NCBI GenBank assembly: GCA_963555755.3 | Contig: OY820905.2 | Span: 3,008,001 to 3,072,000, forward strand | Length of the DNA: 64,000 nt | Direction of reading: 5' to 3' | DNA from: Nitrospirales bacterium | GTDB taxonomy: Bacteria; Nitrospirota; Nitrospiria; Nitrospirales; UBA8639 | Shown: piece by piece, positions 10,791 through 21,026 of the stretch | Position numbering within the stretch: the stretch's first letter is position 1 | Layout: every line of letters starts with the position of its first letter | Program-made: the position numbers and the translations under genes | Notes under the pieces: generated by a model | Database searches by the model: none | The model's input: only the letters and a program-made list of their open reading frames with translations | What the model was told of the DNA's origin: nothing

Positions 10791-12569
10791 ATGCCGTTGA
10801 AGAAAAACAGCGGTAAACGGCGCTTCCAACTCATTTTGATAAAACCGTCTCATTACGACGATGATGGATATGTGATCCGTTGGTGGCGTGTTTTAATTCC
10901 CTCTAACACGCTTGCCGCTGTGTACGCCATTGCGGCAGATTGTGCTGAACGCCAGATCTTAGGCGCAGATGTCACCATCGACATCGACGTGATTGACGAG
11001 ACCAACACCCACGTCGACACGGCCGCACTTCTCGCCAATCTTCAACGTCACGACAATTTTGGTATGGTCGCTCTTGTCGGCGTCCAGTCAAACCAGTACC
11101 CGCGTGCTCTCGATATTGCCCGGCCGTTCCGTGGGGCCGGCGTTTTGGTTGCCATAGGTGGTTTTCATGTATCGGGCTGCCTGTCGATGCTGGATGGGCG
11201 GGCGATTGATCTCGACGCTTGCCGCAAGATGGGCATTTCCATGTTTGCGGGCGAGGCCGAGGGCTCGTTTGACGAGGTGTTGCGCGACGCAGCTAAAGAT
11301 CAGCTCGCACCGATCTATGACTTCATGAAGGATCTGCCCGGCATGGAAGGCACACCCGTGCCGTTCTTGCCCAAACGTTTTGTCGAGCGCACGCTTGGCC
11401 TCTCCACCAGTTTCGACGCCGGCCGCGGCTGCCCTTATCTGTGCTCGTTTTGCACCATTATCAATGTACAGGGTCGCAAGTCGCGCTTTCGTAACGCCGA
11501 CGATATCGAGCATCTTGTCCGCCTCAACTGGGCCCAGGGCATCCACAAATTTTTCATCACCGACGATAACTTCGCCCGCAACAAGGAGTGGGAAGCGATC
11601 TTTGATCGCCTGATCGAGTTACGCGAGGAGCACGGAATTCCACTCGGCCTGATGATTCAGGTCGACACTTTGTGCCACAGAATTAAGAATTTCGTCGAGA
11701 AGGCGAAGCGTGCCGGTGTCACGCGCGTCTTTATCGGATTGGAGAATATCAATCCGGATAATCTTATGGCGGCGAAGAAGCGCCAGAACAAGATCATCGA
11801 GTACCGCAAAATGCTGCTCGCCTGGAAGGCGCAAGGCATCATCACGCTTGCCGGGTATATCCTGGGCTTTCCGGCTGATACGCCAGAGACGATCAGGCGC
11901 GATATCGCGATTATTCAGGAGGAACTGCCGCTTGATATTATGGAGTTTTTTTGCCTGACACCCCTGCCCGGTTCGGAGGATCATCAGATCTTATGGAACA
12001 AGGGCATTGCGATGGACCCTGATCTCAACATCTACGACTGTGAAAATGTCTGTACCGCTCATCCAAAGATGACAAAGCGCGAGTGGGAGGACATCTATCG
12101 CGAGGCCTGGTCGCTCTATTACACGCCCAAGCACATGAAAATACTGCTGCGCCGCGCAGCCGCCACCGGCGTACCAATTGGCAGCCTGGTCAAGCTTTTA
12201 GTGACATTCGCGACTTCGGTCCGCCTTGAGGGCGTTCATCCCTTGCAGAGCGGCCTCTTGCGTCTCAAACATCCGTCCGAACGACGCCCTGGCTTGCCGC
12301 GCGAGAACCCTTTAATTTTCTGGCCGCACTTCGTCTGGGAAACGCTCAGAAAACAAGTCATCTTTGCCGGTGCAATTATCGCGCTGCTGCCGTCGGCTTT
12401 TGCTCTTTCGCGCAACCCTGCTGCACGAAATTACATGGATCAGGCCCTCACTCCGGTGAGCGAGGAGGAATATGAAACGCTGGCCCTGTTCACCCAGAAT
12501 GACGCAGCCCAGGCAGCTGTCCCGCGTTCTAAAAAACACGCCGCATTGAAGGTTTATGCTACAGAATAA
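10791..12569 (+). CDS. B12-binding-type radical SAM protein
   Basis: RGCPYLCSFC (CxxxCxxC), FFITDDNF, FIGLE, YILGFP, TPLPGS; GC3-rich codon style. Confidence 0.9.
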   Translation: MPLKKNSGKRRFQLILIKPSHYDDDGYVIRWWRVLIPSNTLAAVYAIAADCAERQILGADVTIDIDVIDETNTHVDTAALLANLQRHDNFGMVALVGVQSNQYPRALDIARPFRGAGVLVAIGGFHVSGCLSMLDGRAIDLDACRKMGISMFAGEAEGSFDEVLRDAAKDQLAPIYDFMKDLPGMEGTPVPFLPKRFVERTLGLSTSFDAGRGCPYLCSFCTIINVQGRKSRFRNADDIEHLVRLNWAQGIHKFFITDDNFARNKEWEAIFDRLIELREEHGIPLGLMIQVDTLCHRIKNFVEKAKRAGVTRVFIGLENINPDNLMAAKKRQNKIIEYRKMLLAWKAQGIITLAGYILGFPADTPETIRRDIAIIQEELPLDIMEFFCLTPLPGSEDHQILWNKGIAMDPDLNIYDCENVCTAHPKMTKREWEDIYREAWSLYYTPKHMKILLRRAAATGVPIGSLVKLLVTFATSVRLEGVHPLQSGLLRLKHPSERRPGLPRENPLIFWPHFVWETLRKQVIFAGAIIALLPSAFALSRNPAARNYMDQALTPVSEEEYETLALFTQNDAAQAAVPRSKKHAALKVYATE

Positions 12570-12719
12570 TCAGGGGGGCAATCCGGGCTTTTGATGCGGT
12601 GCGGACCTTGGTGGATTTTCGCGCCTTTTAGATACCTTGGAAGGGGGGCAAGTCTTGACTTAATATATTAACTTCCTTTTTCGGTTTTTCCCCATTCAAG
12701 ACTGTGGTCGCATCACTAG

Positions 12720-12860
12720 TGGTCTGTCCCAGAAATTGTGGACACATCCGAAGCGCACGAGAGTGCGCAATGCGAGCTGTCCTACAAAGCAGTGCCGCTC
12801 TAGCTAACTATTCAAAGGAAAAGCCCCACCGTCGCAACGATGAGGCTCTCTGTTCGTGTG
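12720..12860. repeat. IS3-like terminal remnant fused to terminator hairpin, copy D
   Basis: TGGTCTGTCCCAGAAATTGTGGACAC...AGCCCCACCGTCGCAACGATGAGGCT. Confidence 0.65.
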
Positions 12861-13003
12861 GGGAATAGAGTTAGACGGTTGAGTGTGCCAACCTCTGTTC
12901 CATTACGGGCATCCCAACTGTGGAAGAGGTTTTAAGTCACGACGATTCACAGTCGGCTCACTTGGGAGACCTCGCACCTCAAACCCTGGTGTATCTTGGG
13001 AAA

Positions 13004-13697
13004 TCAATTCACGTCTCCCTTGCGGGCAATATGGGCGCGGAATACTTGCACCCGATTGTTCCCTTTATCAACGACGTAGAGAGTTCCTTGATCATTTGCC
13101 GCACCACTTGTCGGTTTGCGAAATTCTCCTGCTTTGTCCCCTCGGTGTCCGAAAGCGCCTAAAAATTCTCTTTGTTTGCTAAATATTTGAATCCTGTGAT
13201 TCTCATAGTCTGCAACGTAGATATGACCAAAGTGGTCTTGGGTGAGCCCGCTGGGATAGCGAAACTCACCTGCGCCTGTGCCAAAGGCGCCAAAGGTATT
13301 GATAAATTTTCCTGAGCTGTCAAAAATCTGGATACGATGATTTTTAAAATCACAGACAAAAATTTGATCGTTCTGGTCGAGAAAAATACAAATGGGGTTA
13401 TGCAATTGACCGGGGCTGCTGCCAAAACCACCAAACTGCCTCAGAAATCTGCCTTGCTGATCAAAAACCTGCACCCGGTGATTGCCCCAATCCGCCACAT
13501 AGATATTATGGTGTGAATCTAACGCTATTCCACGCGGATTTTTAAATCTGCCTGGCTTCGTACCCCTTCCCCCAAAGTGTTTGAGGGAATTTCCCTGCCT
13601 ATCAAGAATCTGTATGCGATCATTGCCTGTATCGGCAACGTATAAGTTCCCCTCCTTGTCAATGATGACTGCATCGACCCAAGCGAATTCTCCTTCC
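13004..13697 (-). pseudogene. NHL-repeat beta-propeller protein, 5' truncated
   Basis: Repeated YVADxxNxRIQIF / GxF..PxGI units; the ORF start lies inside repeat copy 4. Confidence 0.75.
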
Positions 13698-13781
13698 CGT
13701 ATGGTCAAAAAACTCATCTAGCCTTGCGGTATCTAAAAAACGCAAGTTTTTCAATACGGATGAATGTATAGAAGGGACAGG
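13698..13781 (+). repeat. 83-bp structured repeat, copy 4
   Basis: CGTATGGTCAAAAACTCATCTAGCC...GAATGTATAGAAGGGACAGG. Confidence 0.88.
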
Positions 13782-13950
13782 TAGACCAAAAGGCCTGCTT
13801 TCGGGTGTGTGGTGCTGTAAGGGAGGCCATGGAGTCTTAGGTTGCCGGGCCTCGCAAGGAAGTAGAAAAGGAATCACTCAACTAAAAGGCTTGCTCTGTC
13901 TATATCAGGCGAAGTACAATTTTGTTTCGCATTCCAAGGGAGGAGATGAT

Positions 13951-14718
13951 ATGCCACAGCTGCTTCATGCTCCATCGGAACAAGAGGCATCTTTAGACCG
14001 TGATCTCGAGCGATTGCGAGAGCAGCTTGAAACCATCAAGTCTTTCCTGGTGAGACAACCCTTAGAGGGAACCTTGATGGACTTCGACTGGGAGACGGAA
14101 GATATAATCCACCGGATGTTTGGAAGTTCTTCCCCTCTGGTGGTGATTTATGACTATGCCCAAATTGGGGAGGCAACAGGGATGGTCAATTTGCCGGAGG
14201 AGGCGCCGGAAGGTGTCACTCACGCCGCGGAGCGAGAAACCCTAAGACAACGTCAACGAGTACTAGAAATTTGTATGGGAGATCTTGAAACTCGCCGGGC
14301 AGCCTTGGCTAGGGGGGAACGCATCAAAACCGCGACTGGACCACGAGTAGCCGATTACATGTCAACAACGGTCCACTTCGTTCATGTGGACGCGACACTG
14401 AAGGAAGCGGCACTGTTCTTTCAAAAACAGAAGATCGGCTCGCTGCTGGTCAAAGGAGGGGAGCACTTTATTGGAAGCATTACCGAGACTGAATTGAGCC
14501 GAGAGGTTGTGGCAGGGGAAGTGGATCCTTTCACGACCAGGGTGATCACTTGCATGCGCGAGCCCATTATCACCATTGAAAGTAGTGATCCCATCGTCGA
14601 GGCCGTCCGACTCATGAAAGAGAAGGCCACCCGTCATTTGGCAGTGGAGGAACGTGAAACGATTGTGGGTGTCATCTCGGCCTCTGATATTTTGCGTTAT
14701 TATTCTGGGGTTACGTAA
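13951..14718 (+). CDS. CBS-pair protein with N-terminal helical domain
   Basis: GGAGG RBS; C-terminal CBS pair; paralog of 54101-54865. Confidence 0.85.
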   Translation: MPQLLHAPSEQEASLDRDLERLREQLETIKSFLVRQPLEGTLMDFDWETEDIIHRMFGSSSPLVVIYDYAQIGEATGMVNLPEEAPEGVTHAAERETLRQRQRVLEICMGDLETRRAALARGERIKTATGPRVADYMSTTVHFVHVDATLKEAALFFQKQKIGSLLVKGGEHFIGSITETELSREVVAGEVDPFTTRVITCMREPIITIESSDPIVEAVRLMKEKATRHLAVEERETIVGVISASDILRYYSGVT

Positions 14719-14941
14719 ACCTTCTTTTTTGTGTCCTGCCCCTAAAATCGCGCCAGGTTTTGTGGGAGCATTCCGTCCGTACGCTCTCCCGTCATGTAGA
14801 ATTTTTCTCATCGTGTACAGGGCTGTCCCAACTCCCATTGGCCTGACAATACACCCAAAAGATTTCAAAAAGTCATTCCTTGATGTGAGGGCTTTTTGAT
14901 CGCTCCCATTCTGGTGTAGACTCAACTCTCTTTTTCTCATT

Positions 14942-15064
14942 GGGGGGTGTTGAAAAAGTCCGCCAGCGACGTTCTCGGCCCTTTGTCGTGCTCACGTACT
15001 CCAGTATGCTCCGCGCGCCAAAGGTCCTGCGGCCTTGCTGGACGAATCTTTTTGAACACCCCCC
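14942..15064. repeat. palindromic MITE/REP-like element (GTTGAAAAA family)
   Basis: TIR GGGGGGTGTTGAAAAAG / CTTTTTGAACACCCCCC; copies at 45663, 46180 and 59703. Confidence 0.8.
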
Positions 15065-15166
15065 TTGCTCTTGAGATTGCATTGGCTGCCTCGGATGTTC
15101 ATAACCACTGAAAATTTTCAATTTTTCAACAGGCCCTCATAAGGATTAACACGGTGGCCTTCATTT

Positions 15167-15724
15167 ATGCCTTTTTTACCTGATGATCTCCAAGCCGAGC
15201 AGGCCAAGTGGCGAAAGGTTCCTCGACAGCGCCCGGCCGACATGGTCAACCCTGGTCCCGGACAGGAGTCTGTATGGGATTACCCGCGGCCCCCACGAGT
15301 TGAGTCTGTTGCGAAACGGCTCCGCGTGGAGTTCGGAGGCATGGTGTTGGCAGATACGTCTAAAGGGTTGCGGGTGATTGAGACGTCTAGCCCCCCGGTG
15401 TATTACTTTCCACTTGAAGATGTTGTGTTGACGTACTTGGAACAGACTAGACAATCCACCTTTTGTGAATGGAAAGGTGTGGCTTACTATTGGTCCATTC
15501 GGGTTCAGGGTCGAGTGGCCACACATGGAGCATGGAGTTATCCCGATCCAACTTCTGGGTATGAGATAATTGGGAATTATGTCGCCTTCTATCCGAGCCT
15601 GATGGACGCATGCTATGTGGGTGTTGAATTAGCAAGCCCCCAAGCCGGTGATTTTTACGGTGGGTGGATTACGCCAGAGATTACTGGCCCCTTCAAAGGT
15701 GAGCCCGGGACAGAGGGCTGGTAA
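15167..15724 (+). CDS. DUF427-domain protein
   Basis: ESVWDYPRPP, ETSSPPVYYFP, CEWKGVAYYW, FYGGWIT. Confidence 0.9.
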   Translation: MPFLPDDLQAEQAKWRKVPRQRPADMVNPGPGQESVWDYPRPPRVESVAKRLRVEFGGMVLADTSKGLRVIETSSPPVYYFPLEDVVLTYLEQTRQSTFCEWKGVAYYWSIRVQGRVATHGAWSYPDPTSGYEIIGNYVAFYPSLMDACYVGVELASPQAGDFYGGWITPEITGPFKGEPGTEGW

Positions 15725-15880
15725 GTGTGTCATCGCTGATTGCTTTCCACTGACTACGATCATTCTACCCTCCACGAAACTTCGTTCTTCCCCGATATCT
15801 CGCGGCTTCTTTGGCATCTCGACGGACAAACAAAAAATTAAATTTTTCATACTATCAATAACTTATGCCATCCACGAACT

Positions 15881-15896
15881 TGGCATGGGACATGCT
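15881..15896 (+). promoter_or_regulatory. sigma-54 (-24/-12) promoter
   Basis: TGGCATGGGACATGCT, GG-N10-GC spacing. Confidence 0.5.
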
Positions 15897-15922
15897 ATCT
15901 ATACATGTGAGAAAGATCATAA

Positions 15923-16462
15923 TTGGAAAACGACAGCAGCAACCAAAAGGAGGTGTGTACGATGTTCAGCGTGGAAGAACAAACCGGAACCAGAAATCGC
16001 CCCATTCAAAAGCAAGCGAATACTCAAGTGGAGCATAGTCCTTCGGACTCCTCAGAATTCGAGACCTCCCAACACTGGATGGCCACACTTCAAGGGATTT
16101 ACGGCGAAGCGGTGATTCGGTACGAACAAGGCGCTCGTGGTGCCGACGACGTGATTCCTGAAAATGGTCTGGCATTTTTGGCTTCTATTGAAACGACCGC
16201 TCAGGAGATGTACGACTTTGTCGAGGATTGGTCCGAAGTAGGTGAACCACCATTTGGTATCGTCGCGGCGATCACAGCAGTTCGGTGGAAATACTTTTTG
16301 ACCATGCAACATGGCCAGCCATCGGCACAAACTATTTCACCATCAACGCTTCCGCCGGGTTCTGCAGAGCTAGGCGGGTACTGGTGCCTACCGCGTATCA
16401 TTGCCAAGGCTCGCGCCAAACTTCGTGGTGAATTGTCCCCTGAGTTGATGGGCAGCAGTTAG
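15923..16462 (+). pseudogene. DUF5069-family protein, 3' truncated
   Basis: LGGYWCLPRIIAKARAKLRGELSPELM followed by an abrupt end; start uncertain. Confidence 0.65.
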
Positions 16463-16662
16463 AAGACCTTTTTGCCACGCATGATACGGTTGAGTCGGCG
16501 CGGGTGATCACAGACAAATTCAGGATCATACAGAATATATGGTTCTATCCTACCGCCATCCAATTCTGGCCACATGGAGTTTCTTGGCCATGGCTTAGGA
16601 TGGTGAGACCGATCTCCTCCATTGTACCTCGGAACTTCATATGCCTAGAACCATATATTCTG

Positions 16663-18691
16663 GTGCGACCAGGCAAGGCTGGTCTGATGGGAAAGGAGGC
16701 TGCGATGACTCTTTGAAAATCAGTTCATGGTCCAGTGGGTGCAAAACCCACCCAACCAAAGCGGAGCCCGGCAGGGTGGTAGCAAGCCTTGCGCCAGCGC
16801 GGGTAACCGTTATGGCGATGCGTAGGCATGCGAGCGTATGGGCCGCAGGAAATGCAGCCTCGAAAAGTGGAATATCCTGGATGTCTAGGGGCTCGGAATC
16901 TCTGAAGACCACGGCGTCGTCGCCGGTATGGGGCAAGGCGGCGGGGCATCCGGCGGGGTGAACGACTGGGGCACGTACGAAGAGGATGATCCAGGAACCT
17001 GGGAGGCCCTCATTTCTCCCTGGGAGATACCCGGTGCCACGGGGACCCGGTGACCACTCTCCGACGAACACGCGGACGCGGGTGCCTGCGTGACTCGGTG
17101 TAGAACAAGCACTCGCCTCAGGGTAGGCCGACGGCAAGGGGAACCGGAGCTGCGGCTGAGGGGGATGAGGGAGTCGGAGGGCGGCATAGGAGCGACAACG
17201 TCGGGGAACGGGGTGGTGCCTGGACCCGACCGAGCAAAGGCTGCCCGTGTTGATAGGAACGTCAGGAGGGAACCATGACCAAGGCATTGATGTGGGATTC
17301 CATGTCACCGGAACGTTTGACGGTAGCGGAACGAGCGAAACGGGAACCCGAAGGACGATGTCACGCCATGGCCCATCTCATCGATGTGCCAGCTCTGACA
17401 CGCGCCTACCGACGACTCCGCAGGAATGCCGCGGTAGGTGTGGATGGTATCACCAAGGAGCAGTATGGGCAGGAGCTGGAGCGGAATCTCCAGGATCTGC
17501 ATCACCGGCTGAAGACGAAGCGGTATCGTCATCAACCGATTCTCCGGGGATATGTGCCAAAGGGGCAGGGTCGGCACAGGCCGATTGGGATATCGGCGAC
17601 AGAGGACAAAGTGGTCCAAGGGGCGCTGCGGGACGTATGGGAGGCCATATACGAGACGGAGGTTACCGATAGCTCGTATGGGTTTCGACCGAAACGCGGT
17701 GCGCATGACGCGCTTCGGACTTTGAACCGAGCGGGGCATGGTGGGGAAATGAACTGGATCGTGGAGGCGGACATCGTCTCGTACTTTGACAGCGTGGATC
17801 GCACCAAGCTGAAGGAGATGATTCAGAAACGGGTCGCCGATGGGGCGCTCATGCGGCTCATTGGCAAATGCTTGAATGTGGGCGTGCTGGACGGCGAGGG
17901 GTATTCCGAGCCGGACGTGGGCACGGCCCAAGGATCGGTCCTCTCCCCGCTCCTCGGGAACATCTACCTCCATTACGTGCTCGATCTCTGGGTAGAATCC
18001 GAAGTGAAGCCACACCTCCGGGGGAAGTGCATCTTCGTCCGGTATTGTGATGACTTCATCTTTGGTTTCGAATGCCAGGACGATGCGGAGTGGGTGATGC
18101 TGCTGCTGGGAAAGCGGATGGGAACATATGGACTGACCCTGCATCCGGACAAGACTCGCCTGTTGTACTTTGGGCGACCGTTCAAGGGGCAGCAGGCAGG
18201 CAAGGGGCCGGCCAGTTTCGATTTCCTCGGGTTCACGCTGTAGTGGAAGCGGTCCCGATATGGACGCTGGATCTTGGCATTCAAGACCCGAGGTGCACGC
18301 CTCACGCGGGCCATTCGGTCTGTGTACGACCGGTGCCGACGCCATCGGCACCGGTCGGTGAAGGAGCAGCACATGGCGCTCGTGAGGCACGTGCGCGGCC
18401 ACATGAACTATTTTGGCGTGAACGGGAATATCCGTAGCCTGCATCTTCTTCTGGTGCAGGTTCAACGTGCCTGGTTCAAGTGGCTTCGGCGTCGCAGCCA
18501 ACGGACGCGCCTCACGTGGGAGAGGTATCAGGACCTGTTACGGGACTTTCCTCTTCCCCGTCCACGGATCGTCGTCCAGATCTGGGGGCGGTAACCCGCG
18601 AGCCATATCAGCGGAGGAGCCGGATGGTCGAAATGTCCTTGTCCGGTTCTGGCGAGGGCCTCGGCTGGGTGACTGGCCGGGGCTACTCTAC
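16663..18691 (+). mobile_element. group II intron (class E/F-like)
   Basis: 5' GTGCG; DV GAGCCGGATGGTCGAAATGTCCTTGTCCGGTTC; ends ...GCTACTCTAC; internal RT. Confidence 0.9.
17302..18594 (+). pseudogene. group II intron RT/maturase with premature TAG
   Basis: AVGVDG, RPIGI, SYGFRP, AQGSVLSPLLGNIYL, YCDD, FDFLGF; TAG at 18241-18243, after which the frame continues through the maturase domain. Confidence 0.9.
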
Positions 18692-18989
18692 TATGACCCG
18701 TTTCTAGGTTCAAGCACTCACGTGCGTGCCCCCAAGAACCCTCCAGGTGAAAAACCTGTTTTCCGGAGTTGGGTTAAGCGTCTGTCGAAAAAACCCCTCT
18801 CACTTTTGAATCTTTTTATCTTGTCCCTGGCATATTGATCATGGAACCGGCAAAAGTGCCAATTATGGGACCTTGACCTTACCTTGCACCACCCGTACGC
18901 TCTCCTGTCATGTAGAATTTTTCTCGTCGTGTACAGGGCTGTTTCAGCCCCCACTGGCCGTTTGAGTTTTTTAACCATATGAGAATATT

Positions 18990-19904
18990 GTGAACATCAC
19001 GGTTATCGGAGGATCAGGCTTCATCGGTCGGTCTCTCTGCCAATCTTTGGTGCAAGAAGGCCATCAGGTGACTGTCCTCTCGCGAAACCCAGAAAAAGCC
19101 CGCACCCGTCTTGGAGCTTCCATTTCCGTTTTCAAATGGAATCCCCTCCCTTTGGGAACACTGGAAAAAGTATTCGCAGATACGGATGCCATCGTTAATC
19201 TGGCTGGAGAGCCTATTGCCGATGCGCGATGGACGAAGAACCGAAAAGAAGTCCTGCGTGACAGCCGCGTTGGAACGACCCGCCTGGTCGTGAATGCTCT
19301 TTCAAATATTTCCAAGCGACCACGCGTGTTGATGAATGCGTCTGGAATTGGATTCTACGGCCCACAAGAATTGACCTCGGTGACGGAGCAAACCGGACCG
19401 GGGATCGGATTTCTGGCAGAGCTTTGCGTGGATTGGGAGCAGACAGCCGGGCGGGGGGAAGAGTATGGAGTCCGAGTGGTTCAGCTTAGAATGGGGATGG
19501 TTCTCGCACGGGATGGAGGAGCCTTGCCACGGATGCTACTGCCCTTTCGTCTCTTTATCGGTGGTCCTATCACCCCAGGCCACCAGAAGGTTTCATGGAT
19601 TCATTTGCAAGATCTTATAGCTCTCATAAAGGTCACTCTTTTAGATGAAACCATTCATGGAGCCATCAATGCCGTGTCCCCTTATCCGGTCACCATGCGT
19701 GAATTTTGCCAGACCTTAGGCCATATTTTGGGGCGACCCTCATGGCTCCCCGTCCCAGCCTTTGCTTTAAGGTTTGGACTGGGAGAACTGGCTACCCTGT
19801 TGACCACGGGCCAACATGTGGAACCTCTGGTTGCACAACGGTTAGGTTTCCAATTCGCCTACCCGACTTTAACACCGGCTTTGCAATCCATATTATTAAA
19901 GTAG
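18990..19904 (+). CDS. TIGR01777-family NAD-dependent epimerase/oxidoreductase
   Basis: GGSGFIG, VNLAGEPI, GFLAELCVDWE, SWIHLQD. Confidence 0.92.
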   Translation: MNITVIGGSGFIGRSLCQSLVQEGHQVTVLSRNPEKARTRLGASISVFKWNPLPLGTLEKVFADTDAIVNLAGEPIADARWTKNRKEVLRDSRVGTTRLVVNALSNISKRPRVLMNASGIGFYGPQELTSVTEQTGPGIGFLAELCVDWEQTAGRGEEYGVRVVQLRMGMVLARDGGALPRMLLPFRLFIGGPITPGHQKVSWIHLQDLIALIKVTLLDETIHGAINAVSPYPVTMREFCQTLGHILGRPSWLPVPAFALRFGLGELATLLTTGQHVEPLVAQRLGFQFAYPTLTPALQSILLK

Positions 19905-19947
19905 ATTGAAATCCCCTCATGTTGAGACCGCTGCTTGGCGTGATTGA

Positions 19948-20030
19948 CCTGTCCCTTCTATACACTCATCCGCATGGCAAAACTTGAGTTTTGTAGATGC
20001 CGTAAGGCTGGATGAGTTTTTGACCATACG
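19948..20030 (-). repeat. 83-bp structured repeat, copy 5 (inverted)
   Basis: CCTGTCCCTTCTATACACTCATCCGCAT...TTTTTGACCATACG. Confidence 0.88.
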
Positions 20031-20205
20031 ACGATAGCCCCCTCTTGATTGAGAATGTAGAGATACATAGAACGAGCGTGCAGATCAATGCCGCAGTACA
20101 ATCGGTGATGGTTGGTGTAGAATCGCATGAAGTTGCCTCCTTTGTAAGTGTTGGGTTCTGGGATCTCACAATGGAATTCTAAAGAAGGAGGCCTCAATAC
20201 GTATC
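20031..20205 (-). mobile_element. IS110-family 5' remnant
   Basis: MRFYTNHHRLYCGIDLHARSMYLYILNQEG (start of DEDD RuvC-like domain), cut off by repeat copy 5. Confidence 0.8.
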
Positions 20206-20293
20206 AAGCACATGCAGTTGATTGCCTTACGCTACTTTTCAGGCCACAACTGATATGGAGGGGTTATCTGCTGATAAGGAAATGGGATAGATC

Positions 20294-20803
20294 ATGGACA
20301 AGGTAGCCGTATTCGCAGACGTGCAGAACATGTATTACACGGTGAAGCAAAGGTATAATTGCCATTTTGATTACGGTGCATTTTGGGAGCACGCGACTTC
20401 TGGCAGGAGTATCGTCAAGGCTATTGCGTACGCGACAGACAAAGGGGACCAAAAGCAGATTGATTTTCAGCAGATCCTGAGGAGGATTGGGTTTGAAATA
20501 AAACTCACCCCGTTTCTCCAAAGGCGTGATGGCTCTGCCAAGGGTGACTGGGATGTCGGGATTGCTCTGGATATGGTCGAGTATGCCAAACGTGTGGACA
20601 CGATCGTCCTGGCATCAGGGGATGGTGACTACACCGTAGTCGTTGACAAGATCATACATGAGCACAATGTTTCGGTGGAAATCTACGGCGTACCGGACCT
20701 GACAGCCACTGCATTGATCGAATCGGCGACACGATTTGTGCCAATTCAAGGGAACCTGTTGTTGTCGATTCCTACAACCTGGGGGCCTATCCCAAGGAGA
20801 TAG
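20294..20803 (+). CDS. NYN-domain (LabA/DUF88) protein
   Basis: VFADVQN, KGDWDVGIALD, LASGDGDY. Confidence 0.92.
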   Translation: MDKVAVFADVQNMYYTVKQRYNCHFDYGAFWEHATSGRSIVKAIAYATDKGDQKQIDFQQILRRIGFEIKLTPFLQRRDGSAKGDWDVGIALDMVEYAKRVDTIVLASGDGDYTVVVDKIIHEHNVSVEIYGVPDLTATALIESATRFVPIQGNLLLSIPTTWGPIPRR

Positions 20804-21026
20804 GTGATACGGAAATCGAAAGGCGTATGCGTTGTGTGCCTTGAGCCATTGTCACGACACCCAACATCACTGACCAACTATGCAACAACTGAGGCTGAAA
20901 CCCGAGACTACTTTCCTACTCTTCAAGGTGTCTAAAAATCTCTTTTCGAGTCGAGTCCGAAGGTTGCCGGCTATACCTGCGCTGTCATGAGGGCCTGCGT
21001 GGCCCGTCTGGAAAGGGAGGGCATTA

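Larger units (their letters stand above)
16523..18699. mobile_element. ISL3-like MITE whose right TIR is split by a group II intron
   Basis: Left TIR GGATCATACAGAATATATGGTTCTA; right TIR TAGAACCATATATTCTG|TATGACCC; first ~72 bp match the reverse complement of 52545-52616; no TSD seen. Confidence 0.75.

Noticed and set aside
18241..18243. Programmed TAG readthrough in the RT
   Set aside because: The ORF has other degenerate substitutions, so a nonsense mutation is simpler
6828..20030. CRISPR array made of the repeated hairpins
   Set aside because: Spacing is 0.7-6 kb and irregular, the copies are degenerate, and no cas genes are present
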